From an uncultured Clostridia bacterium (GTDB taxonomy: Bacteria; Bacillota; Clostridia; Christensenellales; CAG-138), in the NCBI GenBank assembly GCA_946625575.1, contig CAMOTD010000002.1, forward strand, positions 2,507-66,506: 64,000 bases of DNA, read 5' to 3'. The notes beneath the pieces are model-generated. The model was not told the DNA's origin and ran no database searches. It worked only from the letters and a program-made list of their open reading frames with translations. The position numbers were made by a program, and so were the translations under genes. Below are positions 33,613 through 44,330 of this stretch, piece after piece (position 1 is the stretch's first letter; each line of letters starts with the position of its first letter).

Positions 33613-34449
33613 ATGCCGGCAAGGATGAAATTAAGCTCAGTATACTCGACTCTTCCGCAGGCTGAAAAAAAGGTCGCCGATTTCATTTTGGCAAATCCGG
33701 AGGAAGCCGCGCACATGGTCATTAATGAGATCGCGCATCACGCGGGCGTCAGCGTGCCGTCCGTCACAAGGCTTGCGCGCAAGCTCGGCTATAACGGCTT
33801 CATGGATTTCCGCGTGTCCCTCGCAAGCGGCATGTCCTCCATAAACAAGGAAAGCGTATCCCCCATCACGAAGGGCGACAGCGATGAGGAAGCCTTCAAA
33901 AAGCTCATGATCGGGCAGATGACGTCGATCGAATCCACCCTTAAGGTCATCGATATGGATAAGCTCGTCGATCTTGCGAATAAGATGTTCGATTTCCGGC
34001 GCGTCGTATGGTTCAGCGTCGGAAGCTGCTCTCAGCTCGCGAGGAACGTTTCCTACGGGCTCTGCCGTTTGGGTATCGACTCCATCGTCATGAACGACAG
34101 GGACATAATGGAGACTTATTCCGAAGCCATGCGCGAAGGGGATCTCGTTTTCGCGCTCACCCGCACCGGCAGGACACAGCATACCCTCAACTGTCTCAGG
34201 AAGGCAAAGGCAAACGGCGCGACGACCGTGCTCGTAACCAACCTGCTCAATTCGCAGGGAGAACAGTGGGCGGATTATTTCTTCTGCACCTCCCGTCACG
34301 ACGATCTGTACCGCATCTGCGGATACGAGACCGGCACGGCGATGTGCGCCCTGCTCGAATCGTTCATGATACTCGTCGGCAGGAAAAAGAGGCTCTCGAG
34401 CAATATGGATTTCTCGCGTTCCATGGAATTTGAGGCGGACAGGAAATGA
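33613..34449 (+). CDS. MurR/RpiR family transcriptional regulator (HTH_6 + SIS)
   Basis: EKKVADFILANPEEAAHMVINEIAHHAGVSVPSVTRLARKLGYNGF HTH and a SIS domain in the C-terminal half. Confidence 0.85.
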   Translation: MPARMKLSSVYSTLPQAEKKVADFILANPEEAAHMVINEIAHHAGVSVPSVTRLARKLGYNGFMDFRVSLASGMSSINKESVSPITKGDSDEEAFKKLMIGQMTSIESTLKVIDMDKLVDLANKMFDFRRVVWFSVGSCSQLARNVSYGLCRLGIDSIVMNDRDIMETYSEAMREGDLVFALTRTGRTQHTLNCLRKAKANGATTVLVTNLLNSQGEQWADYFFCTSRHDDLYRICGYETGTAMCALLESFMILVGRKKRLSSNMDFSRSMEFEADRK

Positions 34450-35165
34450 CGGAATATCGGATCTTCGCCGACTACCATACTCATACTTCATACAGTCACG
34501 GGAAGGGTTCCCCGCGTGAAAACGTGCTTGCGGCGATCGAAAAAGGGCTCGATCGCATCGCAGTTTCGGAGCACGGTCCGGGGCACTTTTCCTTTGGTGT
34601 TCGTGGAAAGAAGCTTGCAAAACTCAACGGCGAGCTAACAGAGCTGAAGAAGGAATTCGAAGATAAGATCGAGGTGCTTCGCGGGCTGGAGCTCAACGTA
34701 ATGGGCTTCGGCAAAAGCGACTGCCCCGCCGATCGCGACGATTACGACGTAATAATCATCGGCTATCATAAGAGCGTACTGCCCTTCAACGCTTACGCAA
34801 GGCGCATTTGGGGCGAAAGCCTTTTCGGCGTCAAAAACGATCCTCACAGGAACGCGGAGTGCATTCTTGCCGCAGCGGAAAGCTGCCGCGCAAACATCAT
34901 TTCACATCCGAACCTTTATCTTAAGGTCGATATCCCCTATATGGCGGAATGCTGCCGTCAGCTCGGCATTATGTTGGAGGTAAACTCCGCCCGCGTCACC
35001 ATGAGCGAGGAGGAGATCCGAACGGTTAAAAAGCTCGGCTGTTCACTCGTCATTGGTTCCGACGCACATACGCCCTCCCGCGTGGGCGATTTCAAGCTTG
35101 CTTCTGACGCCGTGACCGAGGCAAACGCCTGGGACGCCGTTAAGAACGCGAGACCGATCATCTGA
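34446..35165 (+). CDS. PHP domain-containing phosphoesterase (histidinol-phosphatase family)
   Basis: ADYHTHTSYSHG N-terminal PHP motif, later HP..., GSDAH motifs. Overlaps the rpiR stop (ATGA). Confidence 0.75.
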   Translation: MTEYRIFADYHTHTSYSHGKGSPRENVLAAIEKGLDRIAVSEHGPGHFSFGVRGKKLAKLNGELTELKKEFEDKIEVLRGLELNVMGFGKSDCPADRDDYDVIIIGYHKSVLPFNAYARRIWGESLFGVKNDPHRNAECILAAAESCRANIISHPNLYLKVDIPYMAECCRQLGIMLEVNSARVTMSEEEIRTVKKLGCSLVIGSDAHTPSRVGDFKLASDAVTEANAWDAVKNARPII

Positions 35166-35242
35166 TTCTTAACTTGTCAGCGCCGTGCTCGAAGCAGGCG
35201 TTTTTTTATTGCAAAAAACTGTTTTATATTATCATGTTTGTG

Positions 35243-35271
35243 TTGAAAAAATAAAACTGTTATGTTAAAAT
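35243..35271 (+). promoter_or_regulatory. sigma-A type promoter of asnS (TTGAAA-17-TAAAAT)
   Basis: Read directly; short leader of about 30 nt. Confidence 0.45.
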
Positions 35272-35305
35272 ATGCTTTAATCATCTTGATATAAGGGGAA
35301 TAGAT

Positions 35306-36688
<1,383 letters not shown>

Positions 36689-36701
36689 GCTTTGGATTAT
36701 T

Positions 36702-36727
36702 GAAGCCGCTTTGCGGCTTCTTTTTTT
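36702..36727 (+). terminator. intrinsic terminator after asnS
   Basis: GAAGCCGC-TTT-GCGGCTTC followed by T7. Confidence 0.7.
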
Positions 36728-36784
36728 CTTGCATATTTTATTATTCAGGTTATAATATAAATAAGTTTATATGCGCACGGAGGT

Positions 36785-38527
36785 ATGGATATGGACTGGA
36801 AAACAGAATACTCCCGCTGGCTGAAGCAGGCGGAAAACGATCCCTTCCTTATGGAGGATATGAAAAAGCTCGATACCGATATTAAGCGCGAGGAAGCCTT
36901 TTATACCGAGCTCGAATTCGGCACCGCGGGGCTTCGCGGAGTGATCGGCGCGGGCACGAACAGGATGAACCGTTACGTCGTTCGCCGCGCGTCGAAGGGC
37001 GTCGCCGAGATGATACTCGAAACCTGCGGCGAGGAAGGCGCAAAGCGCGGCGTTGCCATCGCTTACGATTCGCGCAATTATTCCGACGTATTCGCCATGG
37101 AGGCGGCTCTCACCCTCTGCGCTAACGGGATAAAGTGTTATCTCTATTCCACCCTCCATTCCGTACCGCAGCTTTCGTTCACGGTAAGGCATCTCAACTG
37201 CATCGCGGGCATAGTCGTGACCGCTTCGCACAATCCGCCCGAGTATAACGGCTATAAGGTCTATTGGGAGGACGGCGGTCAGTGCGCGCCCGACAGAGCC
37301 GGAAAGATACTTGAGTGCATCCGCCGCTTCGACTATTTCGGCGTCGAGATAATGCCGACGGAGCTTGCGCTTTCATCCGGTATGCTCACCATGATAGGCA
37401 AAGAGGTCGACGAGGAATATTACAAATGCACGATGAGCCTGCTCATCCATCCCGATAATCTCAAGGAAAACGGACGCCTTCTCAACGCGGTCTACTCCCC
37501 GCTTCACGGCAGTGGGCGCGTACCCGTGACCGAGATATTGAAGAGGATCGGCGTTACCGATATCTCCGTCGTTAAAGAGCAGGAAGAGCCGGACGGCAAT
37601 TTCCCCACCGTCAAGGCGCCCAATCCCGAGGATAAGAACGCTTTCACGCTTGCGCGCGCGCTCGCGGACAAGGTCGGCGCAAACCTTATGTTCGCCACCG
37701 ATCCCGATTCCGACAGGCTCGGCGTTGCGGTAAGGAAGCCCGACGGCGATTTTATGCTCCTCACCGGCAACCAGACCGGCGCTCTCCTGACTTACTACAT
37801 ACTCTCCTCCTTAAAGGAGCAGGGCCGACTTCCCGAAAACGGTCTCGTCGTCAAGTCCTTCGTTTCCACAACGCTTGCCGACGCGATCGCAAATGATTTC
37901 GGCGTGACTATCAAGGACGTTTTGACCGGCTTCCGCTTTATCTCCGAATGGATCGAGCATTCCGTCAAGACCGGCGAATACACTTTCCTGTTCGGGTTCG
38001 AGGAAAGCTACGGCTATCTCTCCGGCGGCTTCAGCCGCGATAAAGACGCCGTTTGCGCGTCTATGCTCGTCTGCGACGCGGCGGCATGGTATATGCGTCA
38101 GGGCAAGACGCTGTACGACGTGATGGAAGAGATCTACAGGAAGTACGGCTACTACATGGAGAAGGTCAAGAGCTACACCCTTTCCGGCAAGGAGGGCATG
38201 GAAAAGATCGCGAACGCCATGGCGAAGCTGCGTGAAGACCCGATCCGCTCGATCGGCGGCGCTCCCGTAGAGTATTACGAGGATCATAAGAAGCAGGAGA
38301 AGCTCTGCATCCCCACGGGCGAGACCTGTCCGACCGGTCTTCCCGCAGCCAACGCGCTTCGTTACCTGCTCCCCGGCGGCGCATGGGCGGTAGTCCGTCC
38401 CAGCGGCACGGAGCCGAAGCTCAAGCTCTATATCGGTTCCGTCGGCGCCACGGCCGAAGACGGCGAGGAAAAGCTCGGGCTTATGATGAACGAGCTCGAT
38501 GCGCTCATTTCGGAGCTTCTGAAATAA
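36785..38527 (+). CDS. phospho-sugar mutase (phosphoglucomutase/phosphomannomutase, PgcA-like)
   Basis: 580 aa; FGTAGLRG, active-site TASHNPPEYNGYK, DPDSDR, GFEESYG motifs. Confidence 0.9.
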   Translation: MDMDWKTEYSRWLKQAENDPFLMEDMKKLDTDIKREEAFYTELEFGTAGLRGVIGAGTNRMNRYVVRRASKGVAEMILETCGEEGAKRGVAIAYDSRNYSDVFAMEAALTLCANGIKCYLYSTLHSVPQLSFTVRHLNCIAGIVVTASHNPPEYNGYKVYWEDGGQCAPDRAGKILECIRRFDYFGVEIMPTELALSSGMLTMIGKEVDEEYYKCTMSLLIHPDNLKENGRLLNAVYSPLHGSGRVPVTEILKRIGVTDISVVKEQEEPDGNFPTVKAPNPEDKNAFTLARALADKVGANLMFATDPDSDRLGVAVRKPDGDFMLLTGNQTGALLTYYILSSLKEQGRLPENGLVVKSFVSTTLADAIANDFGVTIKDVLTGFRFISEWIEHSVKTGEYTFLFGFEESYGYLSGGFSRDKDAVCASMLVCDAAAWYMRQGKTLYDVMEEIYRKYGYYMEKVKSYTLSGKEGMEKIANAMAKLREDPIRSIGGAPVEYYEDHKKQEKLCIPTGETCPTGLPAANALRYLLPGGAWAVVRPSGTEPKLKLYIGSVGATAEDGEEKLGLMMNELDALISELLK

Positions 38528-38608
38528 ATATCAAGCGGGAGGGAACCTTTCCTCCCGCTTATGCGTTATATATATGTAACCCCTAATGTTTTAACGGAGG
38601 TCCATACC

Positions 38609-39571
38609 ATGAAAAAACGGCTTTTGATCATCGGCGCGCTTTTGATCACGGCAATGCTGCTCCTTTCGGGCTGCGCCAAACACGCAAATCATGCTTTCGA
38701 GCCTAAAAGCGATTCCTACGCTCCGGAAGGAGGGCTCAACTACAACGACGCGAATTATGAAAAACCCTCCTCTCAGGATGGCGCCGACAAAACCGGCGAT
38801 ATCTTTGCAGGGCGAAAGGTGATAAGGAACGCCTCCCTCACCGTCGAAACGCTTGAGTTTGACAGGTTCATTGCCGAAATAACCAACAAGACCAACGAGC
38901 TTGGCGGTTATATCCAGTCCAATGAGATCCATGCCCGCAGCTTCAGCTACTATTCCAAGTCCGATCTTCGCTCCGCGGATACCGTTGTACGCATCCCGGC
39001 GGATAAGCTTGACGAATTCCTTGCCGCTGTGGACGGCGCAGGCAACGTCACGGCAAGAAGCGAGAACGTCGACGACGTTACCGAAGCCTATACCGATATC
39101 GAGGCAAGGCTTGCTTCGCTTCGCACCGAATACGACACGCTCCTCGACCTTTTGTCGAAGGCGGAGAACCTTGACGACATTATCACTCTCCAGGACCGTT
39201 TAACGAACGTAAGATACGAGATCGAATCCTATGAGGGTAAACAGCGCCTTTACGACAACCGCATCGAATACAGCACCGTGCATCTTTCGATCACCGAGGT
39301 CGAGCGCGAGACCGCTCCTGTAGAGGAGGGCTTCGGACAGGAGATCTCCCGCAGGTTCAGGGAAAGTGCCGAGGACGTCTGGGAAGGCTTCAAGGCGTTC
39401 ATCATCTGGTTCATCGGCGATCTGCCGAAGATCGCTCTCGTGCTCTTCTTCATCGCAGGTCTTCCCCTTATCATCGTGCTCATCATCGTTAAGTCGGTAA
39501 AGAGAGCCAACAGAAAAAGGGCCGAAAAACGCGCGAAGCTCGCCGAAAAGACCGCCGAACAGTCAAAATAA
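38609..39571 (+). CDS. DUF4349-like lipoprotein with C-terminal TM anchor
   Basis: MKKRLLIIGALLITAMLLLSGC lipobox, KVIRNASLTVETLEFDRF...GGYIQSNE core, coiled-coil segment, terminal TM and a basic tail. ATG 38609 follows GGAGG. Confidence 0.7.
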   Translation: MKKRLLIIGALLITAMLLLSGCAKHANHAFEPKSDSYAPEGGLNYNDANYEKPSSQDGADKTGDIFAGRKVIRNASLTVETLEFDRFIAEITNKTNELGGYIQSNEIHARSFSYYSKSDLRSADTVVRIPADKLDEFLAAVDGAGNVTARSENVDDVTEAYTDIEARLASLRTEYDTLLDLLSKAENLDDIITLQDRLTNVRYEIESYEGKQRLYDNRIEYSTVHLSITEVERETAPVEEGFGQEISRRFRESAEDVWEGFKAFIIWFIGDLPKIALVLFFIAGLPLIIVLIIVKSVKRANRKRAEKRAKLAEKTAEQSK

Positions 39572-39596
39572 ACCATAACCGATAAACAAGCATAAT

Positions 39597-39629
39597 AAAA
39601 GGCTCCTGCCCGTCAAGGCAGGAGCTTTT
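39597..39629. terminator. bidirectional terminator between the DUF4349 gene and the GntR gene
   Basis: AAAAGGCTCCTGCC-CGTCAA-GGCAGGAGCTTTT. Confidence 0.7.
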
Positions 39630-39643
39630 CAGTATGATCAAGT

Positions 39644-40321
39644 TTATACAGCAAGCAGGGGGGAATTAAGCGAGAGCACCTTGGTCTTCTCAAGATGTGT
39701 GCGGAGTATCGCGCAGGCAAACTCAACGTCCTTATTGCGGCAGGCTTCGATAAGATTACGATGCTCGCCGATGCTCTGGGCATACGCCTCGGAGGGGGTG
39801 TAATAGGGACGGATATATCTGTCGACGTTGGCATGAAGCTGCTCGATCAGCTGGAGGATGTAGGGATTCTGCGCCGGCTCATACAGAGCAAAGTGGAGCT
39901 GGAGGTTAAGATCCTCGAGCTTGTTGGGATCATCCTCTTCCTGCATCTGAGCGAGGATATTCTCTGCCTTTTCGATCGACTCGTCCGTCATACGGGGAAC
40001 AGCCGCACGGATAACGCCCAGCTCGAGAATAATGCGGGTATCCATTGCGTTTTCCAATTCTTCCTTCGTGAGCTTTGTTACGACGGCGCCGCGGTTCGGA
40101 TAGATCCTGACGAGGCCCTGGGCGTCAAGCTGACGGAAAGCTTCCCTTACGGGGATATGGCTGACGGAAAGCTGTGCGGAGATCTCATCCTGACGGAGAG
40201 GCATACCGCCGGGCAGGACACCGCGGATAATAGCGGTGCGGATGACCTGGAACACCCAGTCCCTTGCTGCCATTGATTTCTGGTGCATTTCCTCTGCGAT
40301 GTCTTTAAGCTGTGTACTCAT
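39644..40321 (-). CDS. GntR family transcriptional regulator (FadR/FCD subfamily)
   Basis: N-terminal winged HTH (LRQDEISAQLSVSHIPVREAFRQLDAQGLV) and a helical FCD-like C-terminal domain. Confidence 0.85.
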   Translation of the reverse strand: MSTQLKDIAEEMHQKSMAARDWVFQVIRTAIIRGVLPGGMPLRQDEISAQLSVSHIPVREAFRQLDAQGLVRIYPNRGAVVTKLTKEELENAMDTRIILELGVIRAAVPRMTDESIEKAENILAQMQEEDDPNKLEDLNLQLHFALYEPAQNPYILQLIEQLHANVDRYIRPYYTPSEAYAQSIGEHRNLIEACRNKDVEFACAILRTHLEKTKVLSLNSPLLAV

Positions 40322-40458
40322 GAATAAATCTCACTTCCGTATGTATTTGGGACTATTATTCAAGGCCCATATTCAAATATATTGTAGCTTATTTTTTGTC
40401 GTTTGTCAAGGATAATAGATAATAATTTTGCGCCAAAAGTAAAAAATTTTTATTGTTC

Positions 40459-40472
40459 GTCATTTATATGAC
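40459..40472. promoter_or_regulatory. GTCAT-TTAT-ATGAC palindrome, candidate GntR operator in the divergent intergenic region
   Basis: Perfect 5-4-5 dyad just upstream of a TTGAAA-17-TATAAT promoter (about 40488-40516) for the + strand operon. Confidence 0.3.
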
Positions 40473-40545
40473 AATAATCGCTTCATATTGAAAAAATAAA
40501 GGATCTGCGGTATAATAGAGTTTAGAACAAATTCGGGGGTGCAAA

Positions 40546-41838
40546 ATGCTTTCGACCGATTCCAGATATCGCGCGTATATCGACATACTTAAAGAGGAGT
40601 TAGTGCCCGCCATGGGCTGTACCGAGCCCATTGCGATCGCCTTTGCCGCAGCCAAAGCAAGGGCGGTGCTCGGCGTCATGCCCGACCGCGTTGAGATTAC
40701 CGTCAGCGGAAACATCATCAAAAACGTCAAGTCTGTCATCGTTCCGAACACGGGCGGATTAAAAGGCATCGAGGCCGCCGCCGCCGCGGGCATAACCGTT
40801 GGCGAAGCGGATCGCGTGCTTGAGGTGCTTGCCTCCGTTTCGAACGAGGACAAGCCCAAGATAAAGGAATTCATGGCAAGCGTGCCCATGATAGTCCGCC
40901 CCTCCACCGAGGACGTGATATTCGATATCGATATCACGCTCCATGCGGGAAGCGAGTTTTCACGCCTCAGGATCAAGGATTATCACACAAACGTGGTGCT
41001 TATCCAGAAAAACGGGGAGACCCTCTTTGAAGCTCCGGAGATAGAGATCAGCTCGCAGGGTCTTACCGACCGCGGTCTTCTTACGATCAAGGACATTGTC
41101 GATTTTGCCGATACGGTCGAGCTTGACGACGTCAGGGAGGTGCTCTCCCGCCAGATCGAATACAATACCGCGATAGCCAACGAAGGCATACGCGGCAATT
41201 GGGGGGCAAGGGTCGGCAGGGTGCTCCTCGACGTTTACGGTTACGACGTTAAGATAAGGGCGAAGGCGATGGCAGCCGCCGGTTCCGACGCGCGTATGAG
41301 CGGCTGTGAAATGCCTGTAATAATCGTTTCCGGCTCGGGCAACCAGGGCATGGCGGCTTCGCTGCCCGTGATCGTTTACGCACGCGAGTATGACGTCGGC
41401 GAGGACAAGCTCCTTCGCGCGCTCTGTGTATCGAACCTCGTCACAATTCATCAGAAAACCTGGATAGGACGTCTTTCCGCCTTCTGCGGCGCGGTCAACG
41501 CGGGCTGCGGCGCGGGCGCAGGCATCGCCTACCTTTTGGGCGGCGGATACGAGGTCGTGGCGCACACGCTCGTAAACGCGCTCGCGATCGTAAGCGGCAT
41601 CGTCTGCGACGGCGCAAAGCCCAGCTGCGCCGCGAAGATCGCAACAGCCGTCGACGCGGGGCTTTTGGGTTACCAGATGTACGTCCGCGGCATGGAATTC
41701 CAGGGCGGCGACGGCATAATCTCCAAGGGCGTCGAAAACACGATCGCAAATATCGGGCGTCTCGGAAAAGACGGCATGAGAGAGACCGACCGCGAGATCC
41801 TCAAAATAATGCTTTCGACCGGATCAAGTCATGAATGA
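40546..41838 (+). CDS. UPF0597 / L-cysteine desulfidase family protein (serine dehydratase alpha-like)
   Basis: 430 aa; N-terminal LKEELVPAMGCTEPIAIAFAAA is the hallmark of the YhaM/CdsA-type family. Confidence 0.7.
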   Translation: MLSTDSRYRAYIDILKEELVPAMGCTEPIAIAFAAAKARAVLGVMPDRVEITVSGNIIKNVKSVIVPNTGGLKGIEAAAAAGITVGEADRVLEVLASVSNEDKPKIKEFMASVPMIVRPSTEDVIFDIDITLHAGSEFSRLRIKDYHTNVVLIQKNGETLFEAPEIEISSQGLTDRGLLTIKDIVDFADTVELDDVREVLSRQIEYNTAIANEGIRGNWGARVGRVLLDVYGYDVKIRAKAMAAAGSDARMSGCEMPVIIVSGSGNQGMAASLPVIVYAREYDVGEDKLLRALCVSNLVTIHQKTWIGRLSAFCGAVNAGCGAGAGIAYLLGGGYEVVAHTLVNALAIVSGIVCDGAKPSCAAKIATAVDAGLLGYQMYVRGMEFQGGDGIISKGVENTIANIGRLGKDGMRETDREILKIMLSTGSSHE

Positions 41839-41883
41839 TCCCGCGTTTTGCGGAGAAAGGCGGTCATAAGACCGAAGTTTGAA

Positions 41884-42744
41884 ATGGCAGAATTATTAAA
41901 AGGCAATCAGGTCGCCGCGGCGATCAACGAAAGGACACACGCCGATTCGGATACCCTGATAAAGGAACACGGCATTGTTCCGACGCTCTGTATCATACGC
42001 GTGGGCGAAAGGCCCGACGATCTTTCATATGAGCGCGGCGCGATGAAGCGCGCGGCGGCAGTCGGCGTCGCCGTGATAAAGCGGCTCTTCCCCCTCTCCG
42101 TTTCAGAGGACGAGCTGATCGCCGAAATAGAGCGGATCAACGCCGATCCCGCGATACACGGCGTGCTCCTGTTCCGTCCCCTCCCCCGTCACATCAACGA
42201 ATCGAAGGTCTGCAACGCTCTCCTGCCCGAAAAGGATATGGACGGGATCACCGATCTTTCGATGGCGGGCGTTTACGCTCAGAAGCCGCTCGGCTTCCCG
42301 CCCTGCACCGCGCAGGCCGTGATCGAACTGATCGACCACTACGGCGTTGACCTCAAGGGAAAGAACGTTACAGTGATCGGCAGGAGTCTCGTTATAGGCA
42401 AGCCTGTCACCATGATGCTCATAAAAAAGAACGCGACGGTCACGGTCTGCCACACCAAAACGCGCGACGTAGCCGCAGAAGCAAGGCGTGCGGACGTTCT
42501 CGTCGCCGCCGCGGGAGCCGCCGGCATGGTGAACGCGGACTTTGTTAAAGAGGGGCAGACCGTCATAGACGTCGGTATCAACTGGAGCGAGGAAAAGCAG
42601 AAGATAGTCGGCGACGTCGATTTCGATTCGGTCGAGCCCATCGTTGAAAAGCTAACCCCCGTTCCCGGCGGAGTTGGCGGAGTTACTACGAGCGTACTTA
42701 TGAGCCACGTCGTCGGGGCTGCGAAAAGGCAGTATGAGCGTTGA
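41884..42744 (+). CDS. folD: bifunctional methylenetetrahydrofolate dehydrogenase/methenyltetrahydrofolate cyclohydrolase
   Basis: MAELLKGNQVAAAI..., PLP...GFPPCTAQAVIELI..., VIGRSLVIGKP, PVPGGVGGVT motifs. Confidence 0.9.
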   Translation: MAELLKGNQVAAAINERTHADSDTLIKEHGIVPTLCIIRVGERPDDLSYERGAMKRAAAVGVAVIKRLFPLSVSEDELIAEIERINADPAIHGVLLFRPLPRHINESKVCNALLPEKDMDGITDLSMAGVYAQKPLGFPPCTAQAVIELIDHYGVDLKGKNVTVIGRSLVIGKPVTMMLIKKNATVTVCHTKTRDVAAEARRADVLVAAAGAAGMVNADFVKEGQTVIDVGINWSEEKQKIVGDVDFDSVEPIVEKLTPVPGGVGGVTTSVLMSHVVGAAKRQYER

Positions 42745-43243
42745 GCTGATCCCGATGACACGCGAGCTCTTTCACGAGCTTTTTCGCGTGTTTCAGTATG
42801 ATCCCGCGCTCTTTGCGGATCCCGCGTTCTTTGAAAGCGTTAGCAAAAAGCCTTACAGCCGCGAGGATACCGACGCGCGATGGGATAAACGCATTTCAAA
42901 ACCGGACGCGCTAACGTTTGCTGTAATGCTTGACGGAAGCGTTATAGGCGAGGTCGTACTCAAAGCGATAGACCGCATCAACAAGCGGTGCGAGCTTGGG
43001 ATACACCTGATAAACGATTCTGTAAAGGGCTTCGGATACGGCACGCAAGCCGAGCGTTTGGCGATAGAATACGCTTTTAACGAGCTCGGTATGGAAGAAG
43101 TGCTTGCCGATACGATACTTAAGAATACAAGAAGCCAACACATAATTGATAAGCTCGGCTTCGAGCGGGTATATGAGAAGGACGGCTTCATCTTCTATAA
43201 ACTTGGAAAGGATACCTATTATGCTGATAGCTCTGATAGCTGA
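42734..43243 (+). CDS. GNAT family N-acetyltransferase
   Basis: 169 aa; RimJ/RimL-like pattern (IGEVVLKAID...ELGIHL...KGFGYGTQA...AF..LGMEEV). Confidence 0.75.
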   Translation: MSVELIPMTRELFHELFRVFQYDPALFADPAFFESVSKKPYSREDTDARWDKRISKPDALTFAVMLDGSVIGEVVLKAIDRINKRCELGIHLINDSVKGFGYGTQAERLAIEYAFNELGMEEVLADTILKNTRSQHIIDKLGFERVYEKDGFIFYKLGKDTYYADSSDS

Positions 43244-43652
43244 AAACTGCGCCGGCAAAAGCACTTTGGCGGAGGCGATAAGGTTAAAGCGCTGAGGAGA
43301 GATAATCTCCGGCAAGGATTATTTTCGCCTTGCCAAATCCGAAAGCATCGCTCAGGCATTGTTTAAGAAAAAGCTCAAGGAGGCCGTGACGGGCGACGAT
43401 CTGATCTACGTCATCACGGAGAAGGAGCATTTGTTTTTCCTTCCCGACGGGGCCGTGAGGGTGCTCGTTACCGCCGAACTCGATACCATTAAGGAGAGCT
43501 TCAAAGCAAGGATGCACGGCGTGCTTCCCCCGCCTGTTGAGAAGATGCTCGAGATGAAGCACGGCTGCTTTGACTCGGGAGAATACGATCACCGTTTCAA
43601 AAGCGGAGAAGACGATATCGAAGCGTTCTGCGAAGGGCTTAAGGATCGATAA
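43221..43652 (+). pseudogene. P-loop NTPase (small kinase-like) gene interrupted by a single in-frame TGA at 43293-43295
   Basis: ATG 43221: MLIALIAENCAGKSTLAEAIRLKR-TGA-GEIISGKDYFRLAKSE...LKDR*. Walker A ([AG]xxxxGKS) lies upstream of the stop, and the rest of the protein continues in the same frame (ORF-track entry 43359..43652). Confidence 0.6.
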
Positions 43653-43660
43653 AATACTTA

Positions 43661-43694
43661 AAGGGGCCGGGTTGATACCCGGCCCCCTCTTTTT
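43661..43694. terminator. bidirectional terminator
   Basis: AAAGGGGCCGGG-TTGATA-CCCGGCCCCCTCTTTTT. Confidence 0.7.
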
Positions 43695-43703
43695 GCAATA
43701 GTT

Positions 43704-44330
43704 TTACTGCATATACTGCATGGTCTCGTTATAGATCATTTCAAAGCCTTCGTCGATCTCGCCGATCAGCTTCTGACCCTTCGCCTTATAATCGGCGGCC
43801 ATTTCCTCATCAAGACCGGTGACGTTGATAAGCACGTTCATCCATGCGCCGTAAGCGGCAGCCCTTACGTTGAGCGCGCCTACGCCGAAGTCGGAAGCGC
43901 AGTTGGTGTTGAATTTGCCGATGAGCTTCTTGCCGAGCTCCATTCCCTTATGGCAAAGCTCGAGGGTATAGAGCGGAGCGTTGGTCGCAACGATGGTCGC
44001 TTCCCTGATCGCCGCCTTCCTCGCGGCCTTCTCCTCGTCGGTCTCCTTCGGCATCTTGAACGCGTCGGAGATCATATTATAAGCGTCCGTATCGCGGTCG
44101 ATCTGCGCGGTGAGCTCTGAAACGACGGGCTTGCCCGCTTCGATGATCTCATTGCAGTTATCGGCGAAATCAACGTACTTCTTTCTGCCGAGGGTAAGCC
44201 CCGCGACCATGGTGAAAAGGCCGACGCCCTGTGCGCCGACAAGAGCGGAAGCACTGCCGCCGCCGGGAGCGGGCGCATCGGAAGCGACGAGCTCAAGATA
44301 ATCGTGAACGGTCATTTCGGTGAGTTTCAT
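43704..44330 (-). CDS. formiminotetrahydrofolate cyclodeaminase (FTCD C-terminal domain family)
   Basis: YLELVASDAPAPGGGSASALVGAQGVGL is the cyclodeaminase signature; 208 aa. Confidence 0.85.
   Translation of the reverse strand: MKLTEMTVHDYLELVASDAPAPGGGSASALVGAQGVGLFTMVAGLTLGRKKYVDFADNCNEIIEAGKPVVSELTAQIDRDTDAYNMISDAFKMPKETDEEKAARKAAIREATIVATNAPLYTLELCHKGMELGKKLIGKFNTNCASDFGVGALNVRAAAYGAWMNVLINVTGLDEEMAADYKAKGQKLIGEIDEGFEMIYNETMQYMQ

Noticed and set aside
35166-35305. T-box leader upstream of asnS (and likewise upstream of hisS, 53981-54007)
   Set aside because: The intergenic regions are only about 140 nt and 27 nt. The first is occupied by a promoter with a ~30-nt leader. No specifier or antiterminator structures are present.
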